From Mizuhopecten yessoensis (taxonomy: Eukaryota), in assembly GCF_002113885.1 (NCBI RefSeq), contig NW_018403450.1:856702-920701 (forward strand): a stretch of 64,000 bases of DNA. Reading direction: 5' to 3'. Positions within the stretch are counted from its first letter, which is position 1. Each line of letters begins with the position of its first letter. The translations under genes were made by a program, and so were the position numbers. The notes under the pieces are model-generated. The model was not told where the DNA came from. It did not search any database and was given only the letters and a program-made list of their open reading frames with translations. Shown here in pieces: positions 1 to 13,200 of this stretch.

Positions 1-339
1 CTGGTAGGTGTGTCGCGACCGTACGTACCTGGAGATAGTTCTGGTAGGTGTGTCTCGACCGTGGAGATAGTCCTGGTAGGTGTGTCGCGACCGTACGTAC
101 CTGGAGATAGTTCTGGTAGGTGTGTCTCGACCGTGGATATAGTTCTGGTAGGTGTGTCGCGACCGTACGTACCTGGAGATAGTTCTGGTAGGTGTGTCTC
201 GACCGTGGATATAGTTGTGGTAGGCGTGTCCCGACCGTACGTACCTGGAGATAGTTCTGGTAGGTGTATCTCGACCGTGGATATAGTTCTGGTAGGTGTG
301 TCGCGACCGTACGTACCTGGAGATAGTTCTGGTAGGTGT
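1..339 (-). repeat. 72-bp minisatellite (40+32 subunits) built from the exon-6/intron-6 junction of PRODH2-like A; continues beyond the window
   Basis: ACACCTACCAGAACTATCTCCAG|GTACGT recurs on the minus strand with junctions at 317, 245, 173, 101 and 29. Confidence 0.95.
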
Positions 340-3300
340 AATAAACCAATGTCTTCTGTCTGTTACACACCAACATCATAGCCAGAGATAAAAGGTTGAG
401 GGCCGGGTTAAAGTATGTATACTCCGCGTCTACCATAACGATAACACCCTTGTCAACAGCAGCCTGGTTTTGATAGGCAAAAAAGATAGTGTATTACATG
501 TTTTTACAACAATTGTAAAAGAAGTAATGAATTTATATGTCACGCTTGATGATTTATAATGAAGTGCTCGGAGAATCTGTATACGGGAAGAAACCTGAGC
601 AACAGAAGAAAGCCCACTTGGTCAGATTGATTGATTGATTGATTGATAGGTTTTACGTCCGCTTCACTACCGGATGTATCGGTTATCCAGCAGACGATGA
701 TATTAGCTGGAAATCACACACAAACGCCTGCTGATATGACTGGTCACTGTAGACAAGCCGCTTTTAGGAGGTCCCTAGTTAGGATTCTAAACGATGTGTT
801 AGACATTGACCAAGATGAAAACGTCCGAGAATAATCGATCGAAATATATAGAGAAAATGCCCTCAACTAGCAGTTATTAAAAATGAGAATATCGAAATTT
901 TTGTGGTTTTCAATATATCATGATTACATTTGTACTGAATTTCCGTCACCATGACAATTCGTCAAGAGTTCATGTTTTCTTGATCGGGATCCTGCGAGCA
1001 ATACATAAGCACTTTTCGTGAATATACTGATCTGAATAAGTGAAGAAACATACCTCACAGATTTTCTTAAGTCGTGACAAGCCCCTATGTAGCTCGGCCA
1101 TCTGTTCCTCTGACAGAAAATCCATGGTTATCTGAAACAAAATACACTTTAATTAGGATCGATAGGATTCAAATGTACAGTTGTAAAAGTAAATTTGCAA
1201 CAGCCTTACTGGATTGGACACTTCTGTACCTGGAACCCTCGGGTGCACATTTACCTTTGGATGAGAACTTCGGTACAGCCTCACTTCTAACCCAAATTAT
1301 TATATAAACGAAAACAATCACAATTGGGTAGAATTTTTCATTTCTCCAATACCTACATATCGTACATAAGATAGGCTCTATAAATCGTATTCCCCATATC
1401 ACGTGCGTGACGTTACAGCTGATAATATGACATGGCAATTGATCATCGGTAAATGCAACCCGAGGGTTGGAGATTTCTCTTTTACACCCTTAAGGTAGGG
1501 GAATATTACATTTTCTACCATGATTCCAAATCTATGTTTTAAAATAACAGTTTTTAGTTTTTTTTCTATTTTGTTATACTGATTTGATCATGACCTCCCC
1601 AGTCAAGAGCTGATAATTATGACGTCATATCTTATTATTCCAGTTACGTCATAATATGGTTTCTTTCTTTGTGCCATCTGTGATACCCTATGTGTGACAG
1701 GAAAAGCAGCAACTAGTGGGTGACAGAGACATCTTGAACAAATAAATTGGGAAAAAAATCATTTAAAGGTAGGAGAAAAAATTTGTTTTCAAAATATGTA
1801 CGAAAGTATTTATATTTTGTCAAGGGTCCTGGCATTAAAAAATCAAGAAATATCTTTAAGATAGATGGTTATCGTAAATGCTCTACTGGTATTTTCTTCT
1901 AACTGATCAAAACTGTACAGGTTATTCCCCTGATTTACCTTATCGTCATGTAACATCGCATTGGCTACTTTCTCAACCACGTGACCTGTCTGGGAAGGGT
2001 GTGGCACATGTTTGGATATCGCCTCCTGTACAATAAATGTGTCGGTAATGCAGATTATAATTTGTTATAACTAAGATTCTAGATATTAGCCATGCATCAT
2101 TACAGGTAATCAGATTTGACGATTCTGAAATGAAGCAAATCAAACCCACTGCCCATTTTTCTTTGAAACTCTTGTTTTACTCTTATACAAATTACATATC
2201 AAACATGCTAGATATTTCAGTATAACTCTGACAAAATCCACCTATAAGTAGCCTATCACCTAAACTCTGACCTAATTGGCTGTCAAAAGGTGATAGATAG
2301 CGTACTCCTTAAACTCAAACACAAATTGAAAGTGCATGTGCACTATATGCCAGGCAGAGTAACATATAAACGTGACGGATAGAATATTTATATAAGTCTG
2401 AAGATGTTTAAGCATGTCTGCAGATTATGCAATACATAAAATACATATGAAATATCAAGTTGAATCCAATTAATACCGAGTTATACACTATCACGAAACT
2501 CAATCCCGTTTGTAAACATTTGTTCGTTCTGAATTTTTTTTATCACAAATAGTTATATACTCACGCAAAGTTTAGCTGGTAGTAAAGATGTGACCTTCAC
2601 TTGCATCATTGGATGAGGGTCATTGAGACCGGAAATGACGTGTAAGCATTCAAGAACAGCATTCAAGTTCCGATTGTACTTCCGGTCAGCTTCTCTAAAG
2701 AATATAAATTATTGATAATAAGATAAAGTCTATATAAATACAGTTTATAATTGATCTCAATTTCAAAATATGCAGGTTTTAAGTTAATCACAACAGAAAT
2801 ATGTTGCATAGAAATATGTCATATCGCCCATGTAAATTTGAGTGACGTGGCTGATCTGTTGATTGAACAAAAGAAGTTGAACTGAATAGAAATGTTAATA
2901 CGTATAACTTGACAGTGCTTGGAATAAATAGCTTACAATGGTTGTTATTGGAATTTTAACTCTGCAGGCATACATAATTTGAATACATATGAATACCTAT
3001 GGAATTGAAATCCATTATATTTCAAAGTTAGTTTTCTAAAGTTAAAAAATCTCAAATGGTTCCCCAAATGACCAAGAATACTTATAATGACAACATGCAA
3101 GCTAATATGAAATCCCAGGGGAAAAAGTACATTATTTCTGAAAAGTTCAATTGCAGTTGTGGGATCGCACAACGTAACACGATATGCGGTGTGCGCACGA
3201 TGTGTGCACGGTGTGTGAACGATTTGTGCACGAAGTGCGAACGATAAAAAATTGGACGATCATTGCTTGCGCACATTTGTGCGGACGATCGACGATCGTT

Positions 3301-6300
3301 ATGCGATAATAATCGTGGTTGGTGTAAATTGAGGAATGGCTTAACAATATATACGGTTTGCTAGTTAAGCATATAAACTTGATTTTTTAAGTATGTTTCC
3401 TTCCCTATTCTAGCTTCATCTACAAGCTTATCCTTCTGTCTTTATGTTAGAAATGGCGTTTTCGGTGTTTTAAACGACCTTACAAAACAGCCTCGGCAAC
3501 ACAGGTAAAAATAGCAACTTTGTACCTGGATCGTAGTGCGGAGAGAAGCGCACAACGGGGCGAACGATTGTCAAATCGCACAGTTGTGCGCACCATGTGT
3601 GGACGGTGTGCGACGGTGTGTGAACGATGTATGCACGGTATTTTTAGTGCGTTGTGCGGTCACACAACTGTATATCGTTCTATCTAGTTTAAATCTTATG
3701 TTAAATCAATCAATGCATCTATAAACTCGCAGTCAGTCTCTACCCAGAGTTGTCGTTCCTGATACTCAATTACAGCTTGTAATACTCGAATTTTTCGATT
3801 TTTGCCGAAAAATTCTAAAATCTTCCTCTGTCAATGCCTAAAACTGAAATTCGACCTGTTTGAGGAAGTTTTGTTTTCCCTTTTCTCTCTTTTCAGATAT
3901 AGTCTCAATATTCTCAGTATTAAACCCGAACGTTATCTATAATGAATACTTCAATTCAATCTAAATTTCTATGATCGTTTTCCGACAACAGTTCACAAAT
4001 GTTTTGGTTTACTGATACTTCTTACGGCGAAAATTGAAAGCAGGGCGGAGTAGATTTTCAATTTGCCTCTAATATCTGACAGAGGTGGACTTGAGTTTAA
4101 GGAAAGATAGCTCTGGGTCGTTCTCCAGCACTCACAACTCAAACCAAAGTCGACGATACCTATTGGTCCGTCTCCTTGTAATTAATCTTTTGCTATCACG
4201 ATTACCACTTTTTGTCCAAAGCTTTTCTTGGAATTCACTTCTCGGTTCCAATGAATCACAACAGAAATAATGTGTATGTGTGCAGACACCGGGACTTGAG
4301 AGTTTAATTTACAGCTAAATGGATTTAAACTAAGGTGTCCAGAGTAATTTTAGGGGTTTAGATCGACTTTCGGTAAAATGAAACCCCCAATGATTATATA
4401 TATCAGGCCCCTGTTCGAGCAGCCACTCTCTTCTCCACGGCTTTGTACACTATCGCAAATCTAGTTATCATCATTGCTGTGTGTGTGTCAGTGATTGCAT
4501 ATTATGGTAGCCAGCGTCTGATCAATATATTTAACGAAGACGTTCTCTCACTCAGCGTGGCTTACTGTTACGTGTTTAACTTCATAATATCATCTGCCGA
4601 AATTTTAATCATAATGAAGTTCATGCATTGAAGTTCTATATTATAAATCTGATAAAAACAAACGCTCGTTACACCAAGCTGGAACCATACATGACGTCAT
4701 CCGTTGTATCCTCTTCCATAGAAACAGCCACCAGAGGGCCTATCCCGGTGTCGTGCAGGCGTGCTACTGTCGTCCGGAGAGATTCCGGACTGTCTCCGCC
4801 CACAAACTGACCGTACACTGTCCCTTTGGCTATTTTGTCGAACAGTCTCCTGCCAAGTACTTTGCGACTGGTATTCATCAGCTGAAAATTATTTCGAAAC
4901 ATTTATTGGCGTTCAACACCTTTTTCAGCCTTAGTGAAAAATCGTACAATAATGGATTAGGCACAAGTTGTTCTCCATATCTTCCGCTAATAATTTTTGG
5001 CACATGTCAGGAAATGCTCATGTGCAATGTTTCATAAGATCAAAACAAAATCATTTTCCAGTCAAAATCAGCATTCAAATTATTCAAATATTCCATAAAA
5101 ATAGGTCGTTCGTTTATCAAATAAATTGCACTCATCTATAGATAATGAAAGACAAACTCAAATGGGTGTCAACAATAACAAGCTTCACTATCAATATGGT
5201 TTGCTCTAAACATTTCATACATTAATGTAATTAAGGGACCTACACAGACGTCTCAGCTTTGCTAGCAAGATACCAAGTAGGTATGTGGAGTAATTGTTTA
5301 TACGACGTTTTCAATTAGTTTAATAAAATCAATGCTCGTACTGAATTATCTAAGAAAGTCCGGCTATGTACACTAGAATGTACAGGGTTGGTAAGAGGAA
5401 GCCTAATTGGAGGACTCCTTTGGTCATCGTGGTTTCTTAAGGCGTGAAGGTATTTTTTCTTTAACATGAAGCAAACATTTCTGGGCACATGATTGGAGGC
5501 CTGTTGTAAAGGGACAGCTTCTCTTCAGGCCTTTTCTAAATTTTCTGATTTATATAAAACACAATAATCTCATAAATCACAAGCATATTTTAAAAACTAA
5601 TCAAATGATTTTTTTAGAAATTCGCAGAACAGACGGTTTCTGCAAAACATTCATTGGCTGCCAATTGACTGCAAATATCCTAGCTGAATCGCATCCTATT
5701 ATAGGGCCTCCGGAACATTCAGAAATCAATAAGTTTTCCGAGCGTGTCGGAGAGTCCCGAAGATGTGCAATTGTAAACCTATAACCACAAAACGTGTCAT
5801 GTTTCCATGACATCGAACACAATAAATGCAGTATTTTCAAGCTTGTCCTTGACCGAGACACAATTAGGTAAGACAGGGATAGCGGGGCACTTGTCTACCC
5901 AGGGTGCAATTTCAAAATGCTGGTGCCTAGTTATTTAACCTTCGCTATAATGGGTTACACCCTCTCCAAGATAGCAGCTTAAATATGGGAAATAACAAAA
6001 CATGTATCACCTGTTGCATCTACTATTGAAATCGATTTTATTTGCATCTACGCATATTAATATGTAATTTTTACAAATCATTGTCAAGGCTGCACACAAG
6101 TGAACTACACAGTAGCATATACAAACACATAATAAGTTCACTTCCTGGTTAAGTTCGTTAAATTTAAATTTATATTTTATCATAAGGGTCAATAAAAATA
6201 CTGAGTTTGACTAAAGACGTTTCAATTACACGATTCAACATATGTCACTGAAAAAAATCATTTAGCAGGAACGTAAGGTATATTTTTAAATATTATTCAA

Positions 6301-6708
6301 CATATAGGTTACAGATGTGTTAATCCTAATAACATATATTTTATACAAAGACTCGTAATTCAAAACAGATCATTATGACACAATTATGCAGCCGTGCATT
6401 ACAGGTGTAAACTAAAAACTGTATTATCTTACCTGTAAGCTGCTATCTACTACGCGATTGTTGGCGCATAACCTGAGAATAGCGATGGATCGAGCTAGCT
6501 CCAATCTGGACATAGATCTGAATGCTTTTCTGTAATCGTCGAAACGGATATCGTCTGTAACATTCGTGCATTCTCCTTTCTCCGAAATACTCGCAGCTGC
6601 CGAAAATTGAGTACCGAATTTCTCAGAACTGTGATGGGTTCTGAACAATTTTTTTACACATGTCTTGTGGAGTGGTCCTCGGAAAACACGACTGGAAATA
6701 GTCGCCAT
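317..6708 (-). CDS. PRODH2: Proline/hydroxyproline dehydrogenase paralogue A (PRODH2-like), 5' part; exons 7-9 would lie left of the window
   Basis: Exons (minus): 6708-6433, 4881-4691, 2694-2565, 2025-1939, 1131-1054, 463-317, all GT-AG with matching phases. Exons 2-6 have the same sizes (191/130/87/78/147) as paralogue B. Motifs: TVYGQFVGG, MQVKVTSL, VMVDAEYTYFNPAL, YTYQNYL. The basic, Ser/Thr-rich N-terminus resembles a mitochondrial presequence. The PRODH2 subtype is inferred from similarity to paralogue B. Confidence 0.88.
3154..3670. mobile_element. MITE (non-autonomous DNA transposon, Tc1/mariner-like CAGT termini), copy 1
   Basis: About 21-bp TIRs, CAGTTGTGGGATCGCACAACG ... CGTTGTGCGGTCACACAACTG, with internal GTGTGCACGAT-like short repeats. 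A homologous copy lies at 48069-48689. Confidence 0.8.
3722..4306. mobile_element. Possible MITE with short imperfect TIRs
   Basis: TAAACTCGCAGTC at the left end and GACTTGAGAGTTTA at the right end; no TSD or second copy seen. Confidence 0.3.
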
Positions 6709-8847
6709 TATGGATGGCTTTAATTTTTGTAATAAAATATATATCAGCACGTGTCTGTGTCACATACATGTGTGTTGAAACTGAGAAGTAATATATTTCA
6801 GGCACGCATCAGTATGACCTCGCTGGTGTGGAAACAGGTATATCATATATCAGTATACACATCTTACCTTACTGAGTAAACAAACCGAATACTTACATAC
6901 TTGATATATAAATAGTGTAACATCAGTCTAAAAACCACGGCGATCGGAAAATTTAAGGGGACTAAATTCAAACAGACATTTTTATGTTTACTAGAAAAAT
7001 GGTGCAGAATAGATTTTAATCATAGGCAGTTTTAAAATTTTGAGTTATGATAGTACGAGTTGCTTCCCTTTTCAAATGTTATCTTAAAAAGATAGTACTG
7101 CATTCGAGACACTCATACAGATTAAAACATAATTCTAAAAAGAAAAACAAAAGAAAACAACGATTGCGTCTGTCATACTTTCCGTGCTTTTCATTACAAT
7201 AAAAGGAGATTCACAAGGTCTTTAATGACAGATACATGTATATATACATGTCAAGCTAAAAATATTTGTTCCGTATCCACATAAAGAAATTTCTTGGTTC
7301 AAGTACAAGTTGCAACCAGTTTTGTTGACATTTACAAGGCCCATCAGAGCGCAATGGCCTCATACAGGGTTCAATATCTTTTCTATCAAAACAAATCAAA
7401 TCGTTGCAACAAGGGAAATATTTTAATGATGCTTAAGACTAATCACAGCGGGAACCAACCCTTAATGTATATAGATAATACACTTCTCTGTAGATCTGTT
7501 CTATAGTGAACAGCCCCAATAGACATAGGATAACCTTGCCTACCTGGTGTGCTATTTCTGGTGTGGATAAACAGACTTTGTAGGTGAATCTGAAACAATA
7601 AAAATATTTATATAGTATAGTGTGTCGAGGTCCTGTAGCGTTCAGGTGTCATCAGACGCTAACTCGTACAGGTGTTTTTATACAGGGTATATATCGGGTA
7701 GGCTTGGGTGACACTCTACATATATTGTTGTAAAATTGTCTTCAGCAATGCCTACACAGGGACTTGAGAATCGTCTACAGTACCTATGCTTGAATATATC
7801 CTGATGTGGAAAGAGAAATATCAGAAATGTTAAAGGTCTATGTCAACACTTGGCAACCACCCTACCTCAAGTTTGATATACTAGAATATACACTCACCTG
7901 GAGGTCGTTTTTATGAGGTGTTAGCACTTCTACTTTCAATCTCTTCACTTCAGAATAGATACGTAGGACACAATAAAAAATATACCTATTAAAAAAATGT
8001 CCATGTCCCTGTGAATTAACACTGGTATCGATGAGCACTTTCAATAATGAAACATAAGACATAAGCACCCGCTGCAAAATTCATTGCTTATAATTTTTCT
8101 GGTATATATAAAAACTTTTTAATGACACCAAAAAGTACTTTAATGGATGCTAAAATGGGGTCATAAAGATGACTTAACTTGTGCTCTTCCTTCCCCCCTC
8201 TCGTCTCTGTTCATCGAGTCTCCATTTTAAAATCCGCTCAGGGGCGTAATTGGTAAACGTATTACCCGACAGCTAAATTTACTGACTCGGCACGTTGTTA
8301 AATTGTTTTCAGGAGTTTAGAGTCGAGACACCGGTCATTTGCACCCTTTGCTTGACAAGAGAAACAGACACCTTTTCGGGAGCTCGCCAAACAAGTGTTC
8401 AATTACTGTTTGTGTTCAAAATGTAGCTAAAATTTATAATTTATAATATATATATATTTAATAAGAGGGAATAGTTAAATCCAGTGTAAGATCTTCTGTA
8501 GCAGCTTTTAGGGTCTAATATTGATGGGGTAATGTTTAAACAATTGTAGGTACACAATCGGTACCATAAACATAACACATGTACGTACACAATCGGTTCC
8601 ATAAACATAACACATGTATGAGTCTTTACTTCTACGTGTTATTTTTTAACCAATTGCGAAAAAGGGAATATTGTAATTAAAATCTTAAAACATTAGTTTT
8701 AAAGCTGAATGCAGAAAGATTTACTGACGGCGTGAACTTGTTAAACTTTATAAATTTTATAAAAAAACAAAACACCACAATAGTTTACGATGGGTTTTAT
8801 TACTTTTTATATACTTAATTGTATTTCTTGTAAACATCATTAAATAG

Positions 8848-9245
8848 AGAATAATACATGCCTTTTTCCATATCACACCTAGTATCAACCCGATACTGTA
8901 TTATCAGCCCTCGGGCCTTCGGCTCTCGAGCTGATATTGGTCGAGGGTTGATACTGGGTGTGATATGGAAGAAGGCGTGATTTATTCTGTTTATTACATA
9001 ATTACTAATAAAAGCAACTATCGGATGATCAATATTTCTTTTGAAATATTGAAAACGAAAAATTTCCAAAAGGGATGTGAAATGGGTTTGCGGGCTGATA
9101 CGGAGAGGGCTGATACGGGTCTTGGGGTGTGTTGCGGCGGGGATTGATACGGGTTTTCGGGTGTGATACGGCGAGGGCTGATATGGGTCAGAGCAAATGT
9201 GTCGTATCGCATATACAAAAACACCCATTTTTATTAGTAAGCATG
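8848..9245. mobile_element. Non-autonomous element with a long terminal palindrome
   Basis: About 40-bp inverted arms (ATGCCTTTTTCCATATCACACCTAGTATCAACCC / GGGTTGATACTGGGTGTGATATGGAAGAAGGCGT) around a GGCCTTCGGC hairpin, followed by repeated GGGCTGATACGG motifs. Confidence 0.55.
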
Positions 9246-10249
9246 TAATTATATATAATATATATTATATATATAATATTTTTTTTATATTTTTATATAT
9301 ACATATATTTGTTTGTCAGGGATATGCATTGAATATACAATGTCCATAAAATCACTTATTTAATAAACTTTCATTACCAACATGTACAATGTACATACTA
9401 CAGGCGTCAATGCCCTGATGAATAGAGATGAAATCAGTATAAGTTACATTATTTCCCACAAATAGGTAGATTTTCAGTTTTGACCAGAAAGTCACACATT
9501 GTACATTGTATTTTTCATTTGCATATTGCATGCAGTTCAATAAACAGCAACAGTGACTATTTTCGTTAATTTCTTGCCATAAGTTGCTTGTCATTATAGA
9601 AAATTTACCATGATAAAGAATACATAAGAACTAAACGGCATTTTTGTTCAAGGTTCATGCCGGTATGAACGCAGATCGGTTGCATATATATTCCACGAAG
9701 CCTGCTGGGGCATCATGATAAATATGTATGCAGCCAATTTGCATTCATACCGCCATGAACATTAACATGGGTATTCCCTTACATTTTCGATATTGAAGTG
9801 TTGATGCCGTCAGTGCAAACGAGATTCCTGTAACATCCTAACGTCACTAATATGTTTGCTCATACGATGTCTCGTGGTATTCATGGCAGGAGAAATAGGC
9901 TTCAAAATGACGCTGATCAAATTGCGTTCATATCTGTTGAACAACAGTTCAATACTGACCAATATCAAAAGAACTGTTTGTAGTAAGTATTGTCCTTATT
10001 TTATATCAAAAGTTTGCATAAAAATATTGAAAAAAAGCTTAGATTCTTTAAATTTGATACCTCAACAGGAAAACCGGAAGTTCTATACTCGGCGGAAGAA
10101 GTTTAATGATGAACAAAACGAAACAATCATGGTTCATAATTCTCCCATATGATAAGGAACACGTGATCAAAACATGTACGACTTTTCGTATGAATTACAC
10201 ATCAATAGTTCTTCAAAGGGACCGGCTTTTTCCCCTCTTTGACACCCTC

Positions 10250-13200
10250 TTATTTACGCGCCTTCAGGGCTTTCCACATGAGAGTTTTCTCCCTTTGCGC
10301 CCTCTCCAGTACCGATCGGTTCTCCATTGCTCTCCGTGATAGGTAGGCGAGTGTGTCCTCCACAGAACCGTACGGTATTGACTTATACACTGGCATCTTC
10401 ATCTCACCTGTGAAATGAAGAATGAAATGTTTATGTGTTAGGGGCTAGTTGCTTAATCTGATGTTTCACATGATTCAATCTAAGAGTCTTACCGTAAAAA
10501 CTTGGTGAACAAATATAACGAATAATAAGTATAATTTCCGAAACCGTAATCAGAGCTACCTCAGATTGTAATCAATATGACGATGCCGACGCCAATGACA
10601 ACGACAAAATGACTATGACGCGGATGATGACGATGAAGCGGATGATGACGATGCTGATTTTGATGATGATGATGATGATGATATACAAATTATGCCTGTG
10701 GAAGAATGTGTGATGATGATGATGATGATGATGACTCACTTAGTGTATTTGTCACATGGTCACTCATCCCATACGACTGTCCAAAGAATATTGATCCACA
10801 TTTCGGGTCTATCTGCAACTCCATAATTCTACAAAACAGAACAAAGACCTCAGATACCACCCACACTTGTATATAGTAAGTTACCACTGACTCCCCCTGT
10901 ACAAAAGGCTGTTCTATTCATTGAACAAGCCTATACGATAAAAACAGTGTTTGAATTTAACGATGAATTGATAAGTGTATCCATTTTCTATTATGGTAGC
11001 AATTTTCAAAAATGGTAAATATAAGTACTGCACTGTTTTCGGTTGGCATTCATATGAAATATGAATGGCTACGAATACTACCTGAAAGGAGCTATGTGCT
11101 TAATCAAAGCAATATCTTGTACATAATAATCATGGTAAATCAGAGGTTCACACCCTGTAGCAGTATTTCTTTCGTCGCAATCATCAGTAGACACTGTTGA
11201 CCCATGACCTCAAATGTTGCGTGTCTATGCGACCAATATCCAATCACTTTGCAGCAATATAAAACTAGTAATGAATAACCCTTTATTTGACCAACTACAT
11301 CATTTCCGCCAACGCTGGGGATCTAACCAAAAGTCTTGGGACATTTTTCATGAGTAGAGCAATCACTGTTTCCGAGGCACATGTGACTGGACTGGAGTAA
11401 GTCAGTGGACGACCTTTAAATCAATTTTCAGTCGTCTACATTTTGGAGGGTCCCCAGTCCGAATCCCGATCTGCACGCGCTTTTCTCTTTCTTCTATTTC
11501 AAAATTAGCGATTTTGCCAACCCTTGTTTCAAGTACTGGATGAATGATTAGCAAGGGGTACCCGAATCTTGGTTGGTAGACTGTTGTGTTTTGGGGCGAA
11601 GACGTAGACACCAGGTTCAATTAGTAGAGCGTCCGTCTAGAATTCGGAAAGTCCCGGGTTCGAATCTCTGTCTGGCCGTGCATTTCTCTTCCTCTTATTA
11701 CACAAAATTAATCTTAAATTGCCCCATCCCTTTTGACACATTAACTTACCTGTTGATAGCTTTAGCAACTGTATCTTCATTGTGACTGGCGATAATTGCA
11801 GAACATGTATCCGGGTTCTGAGCGATATTTTCTAACATTTTATTCATAGAACGATGGTAAGTGTCAGAGGTGTCCCGATAGGTGGCATTGGTAGGGTCCG
11901 GATAGGCTTTGGTCTGTGCCAGTCGCCTCTCTTTATCTATGTAAGCTCCACGGACAAGTTTGGTTCCGAATCCGACGCCATGACTATGTATGTAGGTCAT
12001 GTCTGTCTGTAGATATTCAGTCATTCCCTGTCGCGAATGATACAATATATATGTTACAGTGATTAAGAAATGCTATATTTACATACATGGGTTAGTACAC
12101 GTGAGGCGACTCACACGTGCTACAGAATGTACCACTCGGGTTACTTTCTATTGTAAACCTCTAATTTGAGCCCCCATCCTAATCTCATTCCCGTGTTTAA
12201 ATTCTAATTCCGTGTTTAAGCTTAACACGAAGTCCTAATAAATATTACTCATTTTTAAAGAAACAAGTGAAGCCTGAGATAAGTGTACTGAATAGAGGGA
12301 GGTGACGTCATACCATTGCTAAATGTTTAGCGTGATACAAGGCTTTGTGTCGTTGTACAATAGTTTGAGCATATAACCTAAGTGTGAACAAGAGAACGGT
12401 TTTATAAGAAACAACCCTAGATCCTGTTTTATCAAATTACACTTGTTTGATGAAACGTGTAAGTAATATTCAAACATTTGAAAAAATATATTATCATAGT
12501 GATGAAAACTGCAAATGTAGAATGCATGTATTGAGGTTCAGAATGACCACCCTTAGAAGTTACATATTTTTTATGAAAAATAAAATTGTCAGAGGTATCC
12601 CCATAGGAGGCATTCCATATCCCTATCTATATCATTTGATTTTGTCAATTACAGGATAGGGAAATGAATATCGCGTTTGTCTCATGCGCTCGAGTTACCC
12701 CAATCATATATATCCCATACGCCCGGGGGCTGTAACAAAAATAGCCAAGGGATATCACGCATGCATTTCACAAGGACATGGACATTTGTTAAAACTACAT
12801 GGGGACCTAAACAGCGGTGTTCAGAATTACATTACACGTTTCAAGGGTTCAGAACAACTCTTGGTAAAAATGCTACCCCCGATTGTAACATACTTGTATA
12901 TATAATCACTGGGGGTAGCAGTTTTACCGAAAATTGTTATCAACTCTTAAAACGTGTAATTAAACATGTACCACTCTGTCTGGGTTCATATAGTTTCACG
13001 TCCCTGTGCTGCGTTTCAAATCACTGTATATGCATGGACATGTACAATGTTGTGCAAAATTAACAATACTTGTGTTTATTAAATTTCTGATTTTTTTAAG
13101 TCCATTCACACTTTTATGACTAGAGAGAAATGAAGCTTGGTAAGATTTCGTTCGTATTCACCTTGAGGTAGTTTTGATATGTGTAATACACCAGTGTCTT

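Noticed and set aside
10-381. 123-aa plus-strand repetitive ORF (SRPYVPGDSSGRC...)
   Set aside because: It is the antisense reading of the 72-bp splice-donor minisatellite and PRODH exon 6; it has no ATG start and no independent gene evidence.
10250-10407. Suspected frameshift in the last exon of PRODH2-like B
   Set aside because: Base-by-base reading gives an intact ..RRAMENRSVLERAQREKTLMWKALKARK*.
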